NCBI GenBank assembly: GCA_013239625.1
Contig: MU053557.1
Location: forward strand, 3,688,123-3,752,122
From: Lama guanicoe
Lineage: Eukaryota
DNA length: 64,000 nucleotides
Direction of reading: 5' to 3'
Part shown: positions 62,828-64,000 of the stretch, in pieces
How positions within the stretch are numbered: position 1 is the first letter of the stretch
Layout of the letters: each line of letters begins with the position of its first letter
Notes under the pieces: model-generated
Databases searched by the model: none
Told to the model about the DNA's origin: nothing
The model's input: only the letters and a program-made list of their open reading frames with translations
Made by a program: the position numbers and the translations under genes

Positions 62828-64000
62828 GTAAGTATCATCATCCCCAAGCAGGCCAGCTCGTGGACCTGGTGAGGATGCACTTGGTTTCTGTGCTGAGAAC
62901 CGGTCCACAGAGAGACGAAGTCCTATTCCTGAAGCATGTAATCCTTTGTCTTTATAAGATGAAAAAGTCCCTGCTCCCAGAGTGGTTTCTTCTAATTCGT
63001 ATTATCTGATAAAATTTCTTAAAAGGAGTGGATAAGGTGGTTAGGCTAGTTATTTAATTCAAGATTCTTAGTTTGTTTAATTATAATGACTTGGATACAG
63101 CGTTTTTTGAGGCACAATATGTTAAAATTAAAAAGGACTTTCTTGTGAAGTAATCGAGGTCAGTGACTTAACATGCGTTGTTTCATTCAGGCGTGTATAG
63201 GTACTCTTTCTGAAAATGAGTGTAATTTAAAATAAGAACAACAATGATAATAATGTCATGTGACTGAATTCATTATTAGTTTAAAAAGTGAGACTTTATA
63301 AAACTGTTGGGTAATCCTTCTCTGAGTGCCTGACACTGCTCTGAGCACTGAGACTCAAATATGAATAAGATTCAATCTTTAATATTCTGGCTGCTAAACA
63401 AAGCATAGATTCTCTAATCAATCTGCTAACAAGCCTTAAAGTGCTCTGTTTACATCACTAGATCTTTAAAATCAGGACAAAGAAAGATTTAACAGATTAA
63501 AAAAACTTCACACTTGTCTTTAAACAGTTCGCTGTTGTAGAATTCAAGGGCATGTCCTATCAGGTTTACAAATCTGTGACTTTAACTGGTTTCCAGACAG
63601 GGAATCATCCTAATTTCTACCTTTTTATCCAGGAGGCATGTACTTCTAGTGCTTAAGCTGCCCTGATTCTGTGATTTTCTCTTTGTTTTCATGCAGTAGC
63701 TAAAAAGGAGAATCTGACCTCCCTAACCCCTGGCTGGTTTCTTCCCATCCTTAGAACTAAGATAGTAACACCTATGTCCAAGTTGAGACTGCAAACAGAT
63801 AACAGATCCAAAAGGACTTAGAGACTCAGTTTATCATAGCCTTTATTAACAAGAATGCTTTTACATGAAGGCAGACATTTTACAAGGTATAAGAATTTAT
63901 ACGTACAGGTGTGGATGACATTATGTATTTCAAATGCTTAGTTTGGTTTCACCCTTGTCACAGCATTGTTTTAAAGCTGTTGGTTGTGCCTCTTAAAGTG

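Larger units (their letters stand above)
45290..64000 (+). other. SPINK5: SPINK5 (LEKTI) gene, 5' portion (exons 1-7; continues beyond window)
   Basis: Seven GT-AG exons splice into one open frame: MKIATVPMLLTLALCLVQDAASEDEDQEICNEYRALMKNGKLFCFQDKKLFQSPDGKMFINKCAMCKMRLEKEAKLQRRARRLARATTAPAPAKLNCDDFKKEERNGYFVCTLDNAPVCGTDGKTYSNRCVLCAENTKTRSQVGIEREGECESGNPEQDVCSAFRPYVKDGRLGCTRENDPVLGPDGRTHGNKCAMCAEL. This is recognisably the LEKTI N-terminus. The start position is inferred from the TATA/Inr. Confidence 0.97.

Overview
AT-rich, repeat-rich mammalian genomic DNA. The L1 3'UTR types and the apparent absence of Alu, B1, Bov-tA, PRE1, CHR and Can SINEs suggest a camelid; this is an inference. The only gene I can support is the 5' part of SPINK5 (LEKTI) on the + strand: a TATA/Inr promoter at about 45256-45293 and coding exons 1-7 (55+26+128+73+128+64+128 = 602 nt, all GT-AG, open frame). 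These encode the signal peptide, domain 1, the six-Cys Kazal domain 2 and most of domain 3, and the gene runs past the window end. Bases 1-45 kb are intergenic and dominated by L1, L2, MIR, MaLR/ERVL LTR and hAT/MER fragments. I found no convincing new gene system. The most interesting observations are: (i) an apparent gene-conversion tract between two inverted L1s of different subfamilies, (ii) an L1 carrying both a 5' inversion and a ~340-bp 3' transduction, (iii) a fold-back copy of an L1 target site, (iv) an in-frame uORF in the SPINK5 leader, and (v) LEKTI changes such as P1 Leu in domain 2 and a full furin site after domain 1. Repeat boundaries and subfamily names were assigned by eye and are approximate, and comparisons with human SPINK5 are from memory.
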